A stretch of 53,141 nt of DNA from an uncultured euryarchaeote (GTDB taxonomy: Archaea > Thermoplasmatota > Poseidoniia > Poseidoniales > Poseidoniaceae): positions 1-53,141 of the forward strand of contig CALBRH010000028.1 of assembly GCA_937899865.1 (NCBI GenBank), given 5' to 3'. Positions 36,450-46,062 of the stretch are shown here, piece by piece (the first letter of the stretch is position 1; the number at the start of each line of letters is the position of its first letter). Under the pieces are notes generated by a model. It worked only from the letters and a program-made list of their open reading frames with translations. It had not been told where the DNA came from and ran no database searches. Both the position numbers and the translations under genes were made by a program.

Positions 36450-37056
36450 CATCTATCACTAAAGGATACAATATATGCTCGAATTGTTTGACTTTCAAAG
36501 CGAGGGTTTCCTCGGTATCATCATCCGCTACTTCAACTTCACATTGAGCGATAATTTCTCCTGTATCCATTCCTGCATCGACATAATGCACCGTACATCC
36601 TGATTTTTTGACACCTGCAGCAATCACGTCTCTATGAGCATGAGCGCCTGGGAAATCAGGCAAAAGTGACGGATGGATATTGATAATTTTACTCTCCCAG
36701 CGACTAACAAATTCAGCACTCAATAAACGCATGTAACCACTAAGAATTATTAATTCAACTTCATAATCTTGCAATACTTGTTCAATTGCAATTTCATGGG
36801 CGAGTCTTCTTTCATTGCCTTGCAGATTTGAGGATAGTTCGACAACTTCAACCGGTATGTCAAAGTTTTGAGCTCTTTGGATACCGGCTACTGCTGGTTT
36901 ATTACTCACCACTACTGTTGTGATATGATTGCAATTGGGATTTTGTTGGTGTTCTAACATCGCTTGCATACCGCTGCCTGAACCGGAAATTAGTATTGCG
37001 CATCTCAGAGGGTTGCTCGACGTGGCAACTCGTGACTGTTTCGTTGTGGTTGCCAT
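36409..37056 (-). CDS. purN: Phosphoribosylglycinamide formyltransferase
   Basis: AILISGSGSGMQA, LIILSGYMRLL, IINIHPSLLPDFPG, GCTVHYVDAGMDTGEII and EHILYP. Confidence 0.97.
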   Translation of the reverse strand: MATTTKQSRVATSSNPLRCAILISGSGSGMQAMLEHQQNPNCNHITTVVVSNKPAVAGIQRAQNFDIPVEVVELSSNLQGNERRLAHEIAIEQVLQDYEVELIILSGYMRLLSAEFVSRWESKIINIHPSLLPDFPGAHAHRDVIAAGVKKSGCTVHYVDAGMDTGEIIAQCEVEVADDDTEETLALKVKQFEHILYPLVIDAIASGDFSSLNFG

Positions 37057-37096
37057 GGTAAGAGGACGGGATGGTTTGCTTTCATTGCTTCGACTT

Positions 37097-38734
37097 TCAG
37101 TGTCTAAATAACCGGTGCCCGGTAAATAACATTGAAACGCCTAATTGGTCTGCTGCATCGATTACTTCTTGATCTCTTATCGAGCCTCCAGGTTGGACAA
37201 TCGCTGATGCTCCAGCATTCGCAGCTTGTTCTAAGCCATCCTTGAATGGGAAAAAGGCATCAGATGCCAAAACGCACCCCTTGGCCCTATCTCCAGCTCG
37301 GCGGGCTGCAATTTTCACTGCTTCAACACGACTTGTTTGGCCTGGGCCAATACCAACTGTTGCGGTTCCTTGAACCATAACAATCGCATTTGATTTGACT
37401 TGTTCGCACACTCTAACTGCGAACTTCATACTATCAATTTCGGTCTGACTTGGCTCTATTTTTGTAACTACTTTTGCTTTGGTCCAATCGATTATTGGTG
37501 CTTCTTCAGTTTGCACTATCCAGCCCCCTTCAATTGCCTTTTTGACAAGTATTCGCTCAAGGGGTGCTAATCTATCATTTGGCGATTCAATAGTAAGTAC
37601 TCGGCGGTTCTTTTTCTGCATGATTATTTCTTTAGCTCCATCAGCATATCTTGGCGCCATCAATACCTCAATGAATAATCCCTCCATTGCTTTAGCAGTT
37701 TCAACTTCTAATGGCTCATTGAAACAAATAATTGAGCCGAATGCTGATTCCGGATCGCTGGCTAATGCAGACTCATATGCCTCAACTTGGGTCTTTCCTA
37801 ATGCTGCACCACATGGATTGTTATGCTTGACAATAACACAGGCATGTGGCGTTTCTGGCCACTCATCTGTTGACAAGGAACGACATAAACGCAGAGTTGC
37901 ATCTGCATCTGAATAATTATTGTATGACATTTGTTTACCCCCTTCGACATGGGCAGTTACCAATGTTGAATGATTTTCTGCCGCCTTAGGGTCAAGATAC
38001 AGTGCTGCGGATTGATGGCCATTTTCACCATATCTTAGGTTGTACAATTTGTGAGCCGAGGCCAGTAAGGTGTCGGGTAACCTAATCTCTTGCTCTTCTT
38101 TGGTGGCAAATGATTCGGGCCTACCTATCCAACGAGAGTGTAATTCATCTGATATCGCTGAATCGTAGGAAGCAGTATGTTCGAATGCTTCCAATGCAAG
38201 TTGCTGCCGAAATTCAAGTGAAACTAAATTAACTGAACCTGCTGAATGTAATTCATCTATGACTTTTGAATAATTATCTGGGTTACAAAGGATAAGCACA
38301 TTTCGGTGATTTTTTGCTGCCGCTCGAACCATTGTAGGTCCGCCAATATCTATCATTTCTAACAACTCAGGGTCATCTAATCTTGGCTCTTGATTAGCTG
38401 CTGCAGTAAATGGATACAAATTACAAGCGACTATGCTAATCGGTGCGTAGCCTAATTCCTCTAAACCTACTCGATCCGCCTCATTCTCAAGCCTAGCCAA
38501 CAGAGGCCCATGTATTGCTGGATGTAGGGATTTTACTCTCCCGTCAAAAATTTCTGGATGGCCGGTGACTTCAGATACACCGATAACGTTCAATCCTGCC
38601 TCTGTAAGTTTTCTTGCGGTACCTCCGGTTGAAACTAACTCAAACCCGAGCCCGTCTAATGCTTTAGCAAATTCAACAATACCGGTTTTGTCGTATACAC
38701 TTAGCAATGCTCTTGGCTTTTCTGACGCTGTCAT
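37097..38734 (-). CDS. purH: Bifunctional AICAR transformylase/IMP cyclohydrolase
   Basis: ALLSVYDKTG, STGGTA, GRVKSLHP, IDIGGPTMVRAAAKN, LRYGENGHQ, KHNNPCG and ASDAFFPF. Confidence 0.97.
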   Translation of the reverse strand: MTASEKPRALLSVYDKTGIVEFAKALDGLGFELVSTGGTARKLTEAGLNVIGVSEVTGHPEIFDGRVKSLHPAIHGPLLARLENEADRVGLEELGYAPISIVACNLYPFTAAANQEPRLDDPELLEMIDIGGPTMVRAAAKNHRNVLILCNPDNYSKVIDELHSAGSVNLVSLEFRQQLALEAFEHTASYDSAISDELHSRWIGRPESFATKEEQEIRLPDTLLASAHKLYNLRYGENGHQSAALYLDPKAAENHSTLVTAHVEGGKQMSYNNYSDADATLRLCRSLSTDEWPETPHACVIVKHNNPCGAALGKTQVEAYESALASDPESAFGSIICFNEPLEVETAKAMEGLFIEVLMAPRYADGAKEIIMQKKNRRVLTIESPNDRLAPLERILVKKAIEGGWIVQTEEAPIIDWTKAKVVTKIEPSQTEIDSMKFAVRVCEQVKSNAIVMVQGTATVGIGPGQTSRVEAVKIAARRAGDRAKGCVLASDAFFPFKDGLEQAANAGASAIVQPGGSIRDQEVIDAADQLGVSMLFTGHRLFRH

Positions 38735-38790
38735 TTATGCGACCCAAGATGTGGTCTCCTTTGAGCCGTATGAACATAGCGCTAATCGAT

Positions 38791-40392
38791 TTAATCGCCA
38801 CGCGCTGAAATTACTTGGTCGACGCGTAATAGGCCACACGCAGTTTCACATGCTGCCTCTAATGCATGCAGTATAGTATCTGAACATTCCCAAACATTAT
38901 CCAACTCTCCAGGCTTACCATCTGTGTCTATTCCACAATTTTGTTTGCCTAAACGTATTTGTGAACGAAGTTCAAGTAAACTATCAAGCATATTATTTCC
39001 TGAATTAGCAATTAAAGTTGTAGGAATGGTTTCCAAAGCTCTAGCAAATCCTTCAATTGCTAATCTTTCTCTACCTGCAATTGATTCAGCATATTCCTTA
39101 ATTTCTAATGCTGCTGTAATGTGTGAATTTCCGCCACCGCACAATACATTGCCAGATTCTATTGAATTAGCAACTGAATTTAGTGCATCATATATTCCGC
39201 GCACAAACTCTTCGCTTGCAGGGCCGCCCCCACCACAAACATCGATGGTGATGAGTCCTGAATTCTCGCCAACATGCAAGTAAATACGGTCGCGTAATCC
39301 TTCTGAACTATCAAAAGTCTCAACCAACAGTGATTCAAAATCACCAAGGGTTTCCTCGTCTATACTATCGACGTGATCGATTAACAATGCTCCAGTAGCC
39401 AGAGCGACATCTTCTGCGCCAGCCTTCTCCATTGAGGCCAAGACGCATATGTCATTATCTGCCAATTTATGCATAACTCTTGCATCTACGGTCTCTGCAC
39501 AAAATACAATTTTGGCTCCACTATCGATAATTTTCTTAGCCTTATGATTGAGTATTTCTTCTTCGGCTTCCATAAATGATGACCACTGTTCTGTGGTTGA
39601 AATCTCAATCTCTGCATCATAACTGGTCTTTTCAATTTCCAAAGGACAAGAGAATACTACTACCTTTCCACCATCAAGCGTTCGTGGCAATTTTTCCAAA
39701 TCAAGATTTTTATCAATAATTATTCCTTTTACAATCTTGGTATCTGAAATACTACCTGTGCCCTTCTTAGCCATTCTAACCAATTCGGTATCGACAACCC
39801 ATGTTTTTTCTTCAGACCGCGCAACGTGTTGAGCTGCACTAACCACTAAACTTGCAAGAATCTCAGCGACTGATTCTACGGATGTTCCAGTCATTGCCGT
39901 TGCTGCGACTGATCTAAGAATTTGATTATCTTCTAATGAAACTGATTTGGAATTATTTGTTAGAATTTCAACTGTTTGTTGCATGGCATCAATATAGCCA
40001 TTTACTAAAACTAGTGGATGAAGGCCTTTTTCCAATAGGACGCCGGATTCGCGCATTAATTCACTGGCAAAAATAATGCAACCAGTAACTCCGTCTCCAC
40101 AAGCATTTTCTTGGGACTCGGCTAACTGAACAAAGGCCTTAGCTGCTGGGTGTTTTACCAATAATTCAGCAACAATTTTTGCCCCATCATTAGTTACTGC
40201 GGTCTCGCCATTGGTCTTATACAGCATTTTGTCAAGGCCGTTTGGACCAAATGTTCCTTTGAGTAAATTACCAAATGCAACTGCTGCAGATACCAATTTC
40301 TGAGTAACTGCAACGCCACTGGTAACTGAAGTTGTGGGCCTAACAATGGCCACTGGTGCACGGCCTGAACCATCGTTAGGTAACTGAGTCAT
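38791..40392 (-). CDS. Divergent group II chaperonin (thermosome/CCT-like) subunit
   Basis: TFGPNGLDKML, VTNDGAKI, GDGVTG (canonical GDGTTT), GGGNSH, FARALETIP and LLRVDQVI. Start ATG 40392 (alternative TTG 40404). Confidence 0.9.
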   Translation of the reverse strand: MTQLPNDGSGRAPVAIVRPTTSVTSGVAVTQKLVSAAVAFGNLLKGTFGPNGLDKMLYKTNGETAVTNDGAKIVAELLVKHPAAKAFVQLAESQENACGDGVTGCIIFASELMRESGVLLEKGLHPLVLVNGYIDAMQQTVEILTNNSKSVSLEDNQILRSVAATAMTGTSVESVAEILASLVVSAAQHVARSEEKTWVVDTELVRMAKKGTGSISDTKIVKGIIIDKNLDLEKLPRTLDGGKVVVFSCPLEIEKTSYDAEIEISTTEQWSSFMEAEEEILNHKAKKIIDSGAKIVFCAETVDARVMHKLADNDICVLASMEKAGAEDVALATGALLIDHVDSIDEETLGDFESLLVETFDSSEGLRDRIYLHVGENSGLITIDVCGGGGPASEEFVRGIYDALNSVANSIESGNVLCGGGNSHITAALEIKEYAESIAGRERLAIEGFARALETIPTTLIANSGNNMLDSLLELRSQIRLGKQNCGIDTDGKPGELDNVWECSDTILHALEAACETACGLLRVDQVISARGD

Positions 40393-40439
40393 GCTACGAG
40401 GCAAAAATCACCTATTCAATAAGTCTTCTAAGAAGAAAA

Positions 40440-42479
40440 TCACTTGCCTAGGCCGTGGATTTTCTTAGACTCATCATTACTCCAGTGATATGCTAGTTTG
40501 AGTAGCTTCAGATAGTGGCCGAGGTTGTCTCGCTCCATCTTATCATGAAGTGCTTCGTTGGTAATGAAAATGTCTCCCCAAAGATTGGCGGCTGTTCCCT
40601 TGTTACCCTTTGGCAAGTCAAAGACTTCCTTGGTGGTTGGCTCAAGTAGAGAACGCCAAACTCTTGCTGGGTTAACAGCCATTGTAACTTCAATAATCAC
40701 TTCGCTTTCTTTGATACCAGTTCCAGTTTGCCAAGAATCGTTGCCCAAATCAGCTAGGAATGGAAGTGTCAAATCTTGAATTGATAAACTGGTCATTGGA
40801 TCTGCATTAGTCAAAGAAGTATATGCTTCTCGCATTCTACCACGATCTGCTCCACGTGAACCTGTTATTGAACGTAGTTTGTCAATTGATGTTGGCACCA
40901 AGAAGCGAATATCGGTATAGTATACCAATGGGTTATCGTCCTTTGCACCAAAGATGTGGGAGTAAGGAGCTGAACCTGCAGATTCGCCCAATAAGTCGAT
41001 TGGGTAAATGGTCTTCAGAGCATTGGTAGCAATCGATTGAACTATTCTGCGCATCAACCGGTCTGGTGCACTAGAAATATCGTCGAAGGAATTCATGTAT
41101 TCTTCCATGTCAATAATGTCGTAGCCTCTTACCGACATGATAGAGTGTACGCTTGGTCCAACGACCTTCTTCTCGCCATCATGGAAGTCTGCTTGGCTAA
41201 TCCAACGTGCGCCTTGTGCTACTTCGCTAGCAGCAACTAAGTCGGCATACGCCTTGAATCTGCGAGTTACACGGTTCATGAAGTCCGCTTGGTCTAACTT
41301 TGTGAATACCGTAGCTTCATAGTTAGACTTCAGTGCATGGTCAGCGACTTGGCTAGCGTTAACACAAGTAAGCAAGTTGCCTTGGTCTGATGGATACATG
41401 ATTAGTCTGCGTCGCTTGGATGATCCTCCAAGTTGTCCAACTAGTGGGTCGGTTAGAATATAACCAAGACAAGCACATACCTCGAACAATCGAGAATACT
41501 TATCTTCATCACTGGCTCTTGCAATCCATTCATCAAGTCCAGGTTCAATACAATGGAATTCTAATGGCACCATTTCAGAACCTGCACCAAACATTTGTCT
41601 GACTGTTGAAGAACTCATCATACCCATTAGTGAATACATTGATGTCTTACCAGTAGTCATGAAAACGTCGGTAATTCCTTCCTCTCCGAATGAAAGTCTA
41701 CGGTCTGGCAAGTTGACAAGTAGATTGAATGCGGTTGGAGTGTCTCTGTTGCCGTCTACTGCAGGCCAAATCCATGTATGTGGCCTGGTTGTTAAGAAGC
41801 CGTTTGCGTCCTTACCAAAACCTGCTGGTGAATATCTAATCCAACCAAGACGGTTGTTGAATGATACATTTCTATGCATCAATGACGGATAGAAACACTT
41901 GTCCAACGGGTCGGAATCTGGAACTACCCCTCTATGACCTAGTCCCCAAAGTATTGGCTCCCACTCTGGGAATTCCTTATCTTTCTTACCTAAGAAAATG
42001 TGAGTGTCAGATGGACTGTCTCCGGTCAAGAATGAACCGCCCATGCGCTCTTCATCACCTGTTGAACAGAAGAAGAATGATTGAGTTGTAAACAGTTGTT
42101 TAGGCGTCCACATATTTGCATTGATAATTGTCTTTTGTTTGAGAAAATCAGATACATTCATGATTCTTCTTTCGAACTTGAACCGTTCTGCTTCAATCCA
42201 AGTAGAGCCCAAAAACAAGTTTGTATTCAACAACTTTGCTTTTGCTGGTCCGATATATCTAACTCTAGGATCTGGTCTTGACATGTCTGTTTCTGGAAGT
42301 GGTTCCCAAGGACCTCGGCGTGGAATGTAATCCATGAAGGCTTCATAGGCAAATTGCTCTACTTCGGCTTTCTTGACGGTTTCTTCAACCTCATCCATTA
42401 AACGAACGTATGTTTCGTTAGGATTTATTCTGCCTGTTGTTTGAAATTCTTTGTTTGATACTGTTCTATGTTCCCACAT
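40440..42479 (-). CDS. Uncharacterised 679-aa soluble protein
   Basis: Long ORF with no signal peptide, TM or recognised motif; preceded by a consensus archaeal SD (GAGGTGA). Confidence 0.85.
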   Translation of the reverse strand: MWEHRTVSNKEFQTTGRINPNETYVRLMDEVEETVKKAEVEQFAYEAFMDYIPRRGPWEPLPETDMSRPDPRVRYIGPAKAKLLNTNLFLGSTWIEAERFKFERRIMNVSDFLKQKTIINANMWTPKQLFTTQSFFFCSTGDEERMGGSFLTGDSPSDTHIFLGKKDKEFPEWEPILWGLGHRGVVPDSDPLDKCFYPSLMHRNVSFNNRLGWIRYSPAGFGKDANGFLTTRPHTWIWPAVDGNRDTPTAFNLLVNLPDRRLSFGEEGITDVFMTTGKTSMYSLMGMMSSSTVRQMFGAGSEMVPLEFHCIEPGLDEWIARASDEDKYSRLFEVCACLGYILTDPLVGQLGGSSKRRRLIMYPSDQGNLLTCVNASQVADHALKSNYEATVFTKLDQADFMNRVTRRFKAYADLVAASEVAQGARWISQADFHDGEKKVVGPSVHSIMSVRGYDIIDMEEYMNSFDDISSAPDRLMRRIVQSIATNALKTIYPIDLLGESAGSAPYSHIFGAKDDNPLVYYTDIRFLVPTSIDKLRSITGSRGADRGRMREAYTSLTNADPMTSLSIQDLTLPFLADLGNDSWQTGTGIKESEVIIEVTMAVNPARVWRSLLEPTTKEVFDLPKGNKGTAANLWGDIFITNEALHDKMERDNLGHYLKLLKLAYHWSNDESKKIHGLGK

Positions 42480-42489
42480 TTATTTCACC

Positions 42490-43218
42490 TCAAAATTTTG
42501 GAGCGTTGCCTGGTGGGGCTCCGCCTTCTTCGCTTGACTTATCGTCATCATCGCCTGCTGCTTCTTCAACCTCTGTAGTTGCCGCTGCTGCCACTTCTGC
42601 TGCTGCTTCTGCTGCTTCTACTGCTGCTTCTGCTGCTGCATCTTGCTTTTCAGCAACTGCATCAACTTGGTCTTTCACGGTAGCCATCATTTCTTCGACA
42701 ACCGCCGCTGCTGCTGCTTCGGCAGTTTCTTTTGCCTGCTCGATAGTGTCTTCGTTAGATTGCCTTACTACTGTATCTGCAGCGATTGTTGCCGCTACTT
42801 CTGCCTTAGCAATTACCTCTTCCTCAGAAGCTCCACCGCCGACACCGCCGGTTGCTTGTTGTAGAATTAATGCTGCTGTTGCTGTCATTGAAGCATCAAC
42901 ATATGGTGCTGCGCGGTAAAAATACTGAATCATAAATCCAACAGTCCCACAGACCGCACCCAAACCAATTATCCAGCCATTGTTGATATTTTGTACATTG
43001 TCTGGATTTTTGTATAATTCATCAGCCGGTATACCAGTTTCAGGTGGCCACCAAGTCATTCCAAATGCATTGGTGATCGATTCAACTGTAGCCCATACTG
43101 CAAAAATTATCATGATAATTGATGCATAATTAACTAATGTTCTATTTTCAAGAAGGAATGCAACTAGTACATCGCCTCCTTTCTCATCGCTATCGCTTTG
43201 CCCATCCGCAGCGCTCAT
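42490..43218 (-). CDS. Two-TM membrane protein with an Ala/Glu-rich helical tail
   Basis: Two hydrophobic helices, then an A/E/V/T low-complexity tail; TATA-like TTTAATAA about 25 nt upstream. Confidence 0.8.
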   Translation of the reverse strand: MSAADGQSDSDEKGGDVLVAFLLENRTLVNYASIIMIIFAVWATVESITNAFGMTWWPPETGIPADELYKNPDNVQNINNGWIIGLGAVCGTVGFMIQYFYRAAPYVDASMTATAALILQQATGGVGGGASEEEVIAKAEVAATIAADTVVRQSNEDTIEQAKETAEAAAAAVVEEMMATVKDQVDAVAEKQDAAAEAAVEAAEAAAEVAAAATTEVEEAAGDDDDKSSEEGGAPPGNAPKF

Positions 43219-43292
43219 GGTTTGGGGTGTTTTCGCCTATTATTAAAGTGGATTGCCTGTAAACTGGTCAAATTTGCGGATTGTTAGAGTGT

Positions 43293-44639
43293 TCATCTGC
43301 GCCCCTTACGACTTTTTCGACGCTGGCTTTTACCTGAATGCTCCCACGCTCTACTCGCCCTACTGCGCCTATCTTGGACATCTTCCCAGTATGGGTTTGG
43401 GCGCTCCATGCTTTCCGGCATTTCCTCAAAAGTTTTGACAGATATCGAAATGCCCCCCAACTCATCTTGTAATTGCCGGATATTTGAGCCACCTTTGCCC
43501 ACTAAAGTCGAAACCATGTTTGACGGAACGAAGACATTGACATTAGTATCTGAGACAAATTGAACCTGAGATTCGATGCCAATCCATTCCCGAATTGTTC
43601 TAACTAACGAATCCTTGGCAAGGGCTCGTATAGGCGAGATCTGTCCGGAGTGCCCATCAACTGGAACTACAGCAATTTCGGAACCAAAAGCAAACATTTC
43701 GTGAGTGATTTTGCCACTTGGGAACTCTACCACTTCAATCACCGGCCTAGCTAATTCTTCTTGCATGCCAGATGGAGGTTTTACCGTCATTCGCAACTCC
43801 AGTACTTGCTGGATTTTACCAGCCTCTACGTGTAAAATTGTATCTAATACTTGACTGACCAATCCAAGTTCTACCTTACCAATCAGTCGTTGAATTGCTT
43901 CTAACGCTGAGTTGGCATGCGTGACTCCTAAAAGGCCAACTCCAGCAAGTCTTACATCAGCAAATATTTCGAAATCTCTAGCGCGTCTTACTTCATCGAA
44001 AATGACAAAGTCTGGGCGAACCAAGAAAATTATTTCCGCAGTTTTTTCTAAATCCCCCTCCAACGGCGCATATTGGGTTATTCTATCAGCCAATTGTAAA
44101 TCCCTAGGCGCTTCCATAGTCTTGACCATGGCTCCCAAATCATTGTCAAGATATTCTGCTATGGCTTGGGCAAGAGTAGTCTTCCCAGAACCTGGTCGGC
44201 CACAAATGAATACTCCTCGATGGTGATTGGATAAACGTTCGATTAATCGCTCATCTAACTGATAATCATTAATTGACAATTTTGCAACTGGGCGAACAAT
44301 AGTGATTTCTCTAGCATCTGCGAACGGTGGCCACGCACAGGCTATTCGCAAATCCCCAAGTTGGACTACCTGGCACCCTTTGCGATCAATTTCCAAAAAA
44401 CAATCGCTACGATGCTTGTTTTGTTCAGCCAAATCTACCAATTCTTCCTGCAAAGATTCCATTCGGATAGTGTCCCAATTGCCATCATGTTTCTCAACTT
44501 CGACCAATTTAAGTTCGCCAATAGTGCCCCGCTTAACTCTAGGAGGACAATCTGCTTTCAGAAATACTGTGTGAACATCATCCTCAAGTAAACCCTCAAT
44601 TAAATCAGGCAAATCGGGATGGTCACCATGCTTAGCCAT
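43293..44639 (-). CDS. PINA/MJ1533-like P-loop ATPase with C-terminal KH domain, apparently lacking the PIN domain
   Basis: REITIVRP, GRPGSGKTT, VKTMEAPRDL, ITQY, LVRPDFVIFDEVR, ADVRLAGVGLLGVTHA, IQRLIG and KH motif LVGKGGSNI. Confidence 0.88.
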   Translation of the reverse strand: MAKHGDHPDLPDLIEGLLEDDVHTVFLKADCPPRVKRGTIGELKLVEVEKHDGNWDTIRMESLQEELVDLAEQNKHRSDCFLEIDRKGCQVVQLGDLRIACAWPPFADAREITIVRPVAKLSINDYQLDERLIERLSNHHRGVFICGRPGSGKTTLAQAIAEYLDNDLGAMVKTMEAPRDLQLADRITQYAPLEGDLEKTAEIIFLVRPDFVIFDEVRRARDFEIFADVRLAGVGLLGVTHANSALEAIQRLIGKVELGLVSQVLDTILHVEAGKIQQVLELRMTVKPPSGMQEELARPVIEVVEFPSGKITHEMFAFGSEIAVVPVDGHSGQISPIRALAKDSLVRTIREWIGIESQVQFVSDTNVNVFVPSNMVSTLVGKGGSNIRQLQDELGGISISVKTFEEMPESMERPNPYWEDVQDRRSRASRAWEHSGKSQRRKSRKGRR

Positions 44640-44653
44640 GATGCGTTGTCATT

Positions 44654-44670
44654 GGTCAAAGCCTTTGACC
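44654..44670. promoter_or_regulatory. Perfect 8-1-8 inverted repeat; candidate operator
   Basis: GGTCAAAG-C-CTTTGACC, 15-31 nt upstream of the ATPase start codon. Confidence 0.4.
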
Positions 44671-44692
44671 CTTCGCATGAATAATTAAGGAT

Positions 44693-45100
44693 TCACTCAT
44701 TATCATTAACAACTGTTGGCTCCATCATTTCGATACTCCACCAAAATGTGGCAATTGTAACAATTGAAAGCGCATATATCCCGATACGGGAGTCGCTATC
44801 CCAAATCGACATGCACCACTCTGCAAAGACAATGGTGACGATTACAAATGAGAGAGCATTGAGAAAACCATATGAGTTAATCCCAAGATGCTTGAATGTG
44901 GTTTCCCGATTTGAAACTGCCCAAGCAAAACCTACCAAAGATGATAGCGCGATTGCTGTCCATGCTGTGGTAAAGGCTTCCATAGTCGTGAATGCTGTGA
45001 TAATTGTAATTGCTGCAACTACAATTAGCATCCTTTGCACATTAGCGTAGGATATTCCCATGTTATCGCCCAAAGGCTCCCAATTATTCAATTCTCTCAT
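44693..45100 (-). CDS. Small four-TM hypothetical membrane protein
   Basis: 135-aa ORF with about 4 hydrophobic segments. Confidence 0.7.
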   Translation of the reverse strand: MRELNNWEPLGDNMGISYANVQRMLIVVAAITIITAFTTMEAFTTAWTAIALSSLVGFAWAVSNRETTFKHLGINSYGFLNALSFVIVTIVFAEWCMSIWDSDSRIGIYALSIVTIATFWWSIEMMEPTVVNDNE

Positions 45101-46055
45101 TCAATTCTATCGAAGTATTTTGAATTTCGAGATTAGCCAATTCAACCCATTTAATGCTTCTAATTATTGAGCCGGGTTGCGGATAAATAGAATGTTTAGA
45201 AGGTGATTTTGTCATCTCAACAAGGTACTGCCATTCTCTTGCTAAAGGAGCCATTATATTGTTGAGAAGAATTGTTCGCTCGGCTTGTCCGGTTGTTATT
45301 GTTAATTTGTTGACTTCATTCGTCTCTACCGTTATGCTGCCTTTTGAGCCATAATACTCAATCTTACGATTTTCCTCTCTTCCATTCCAGCCAACATCGA
45401 TACATGCTTCTTTCATTCCAGGAAATTCAACAGATAGTTTTGCATTAGTAGGATAGCTATTATCATCTAACACCACGTTTCCAACTGTTAGTCTTGATGG
45501 TTCTAACTCACCAAATGAGTAGCATGCTGTATCGATACCATGGATTGCCATGGCTTCGAAAATATTAGGATAATTTGGGGGCTGCCTCGGCGTTATTCGA
45601 TTAAATTCTATCCTTTGTAACTCACCAATTTCTCCTTCTGAGATCAAATCCATGGCTTGATTCATCGCCTCATGAAACCGTAAGATATGTCCAACAAGTA
45701 ACTGTCCACCCAACTCTTGAACTTTAGCAATAATAGATGATGCTTCATGTTGAGATAGCCCAATTGGTTTTTCGATGAAAATTGATTTGCAGTAATCTAG
45801 GATTTGTAATGCCAAATCACAGTGAGTATCTGCTGGAGTTACAATTGCAACAATATCCAGTTCTTGTTCGTTAACGAGAGTTTGCCAATCGGTGTAAAAA
45901 GAGTCAGCAAACTTTGCTACTTCTGCTTGTTTTGATGGTTTAATATCACAAGCATGAATTGCCGAAATAATTCCTTGCTGTTTCAAATTGTAGAGGGTTT
46001 TGAGATGAGTCATTCCCCATCTGCCACAACCAACCACGCCAACGACAGGTCTCAT
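45084..46055 (-). CDS. Gfo/Idh/MocA-family NAD(P)-dependent oxidoreductase
   Basis: VGVVGCGRWG, DIVAIVTPADTH, IFIEKPI, LLVGHILRFH and AIHGID. Start moved to ATG 46055, 7 nt after the upstream stop. Confidence 0.92.
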   Translation of the reverse strand: MRPVVGVVGCGRWGMTHLKTLYNLKQQGIISAIHACDIKPSKQAEVAKFADSFYTDWQTLVNEQELDIVAIVTPADTHCDLALQILDYCKSIFIEKPIGLSQHEASSIIAKVQELGGQLLVGHILRFHEAMNQAMDLISEGEIGELQRIEFNRITPRQPPNYPNIFEAMAIHGIDTACYSFGELEPSRLTVGNVVLDDNSYPTNAKLSVEFPGMKEACIDVGWNGREENRKIEYYGSKGSITVETNEVNKLTITTGQAERTILLNNIMAPLAREWQYLVEMTKSPSKHSIYPQPGSIIRSIKWVELANLEIQNTSIELNERIE

Positions 46056-46062
46056 GATGTTA

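Noticed and set aside
36409-38734. Bacterial-type purN/purH in an archaeon as a novelty
   Set aside because: Folate-dependent PurN/PurH are known in several euryarchaeal lineages; ordinary housekeeping.
42437-42919. Ala/Ser-rich 160-aa + strand ORF
   Set aside because: Mirror of the A/E-rich tail of the - strand gene.
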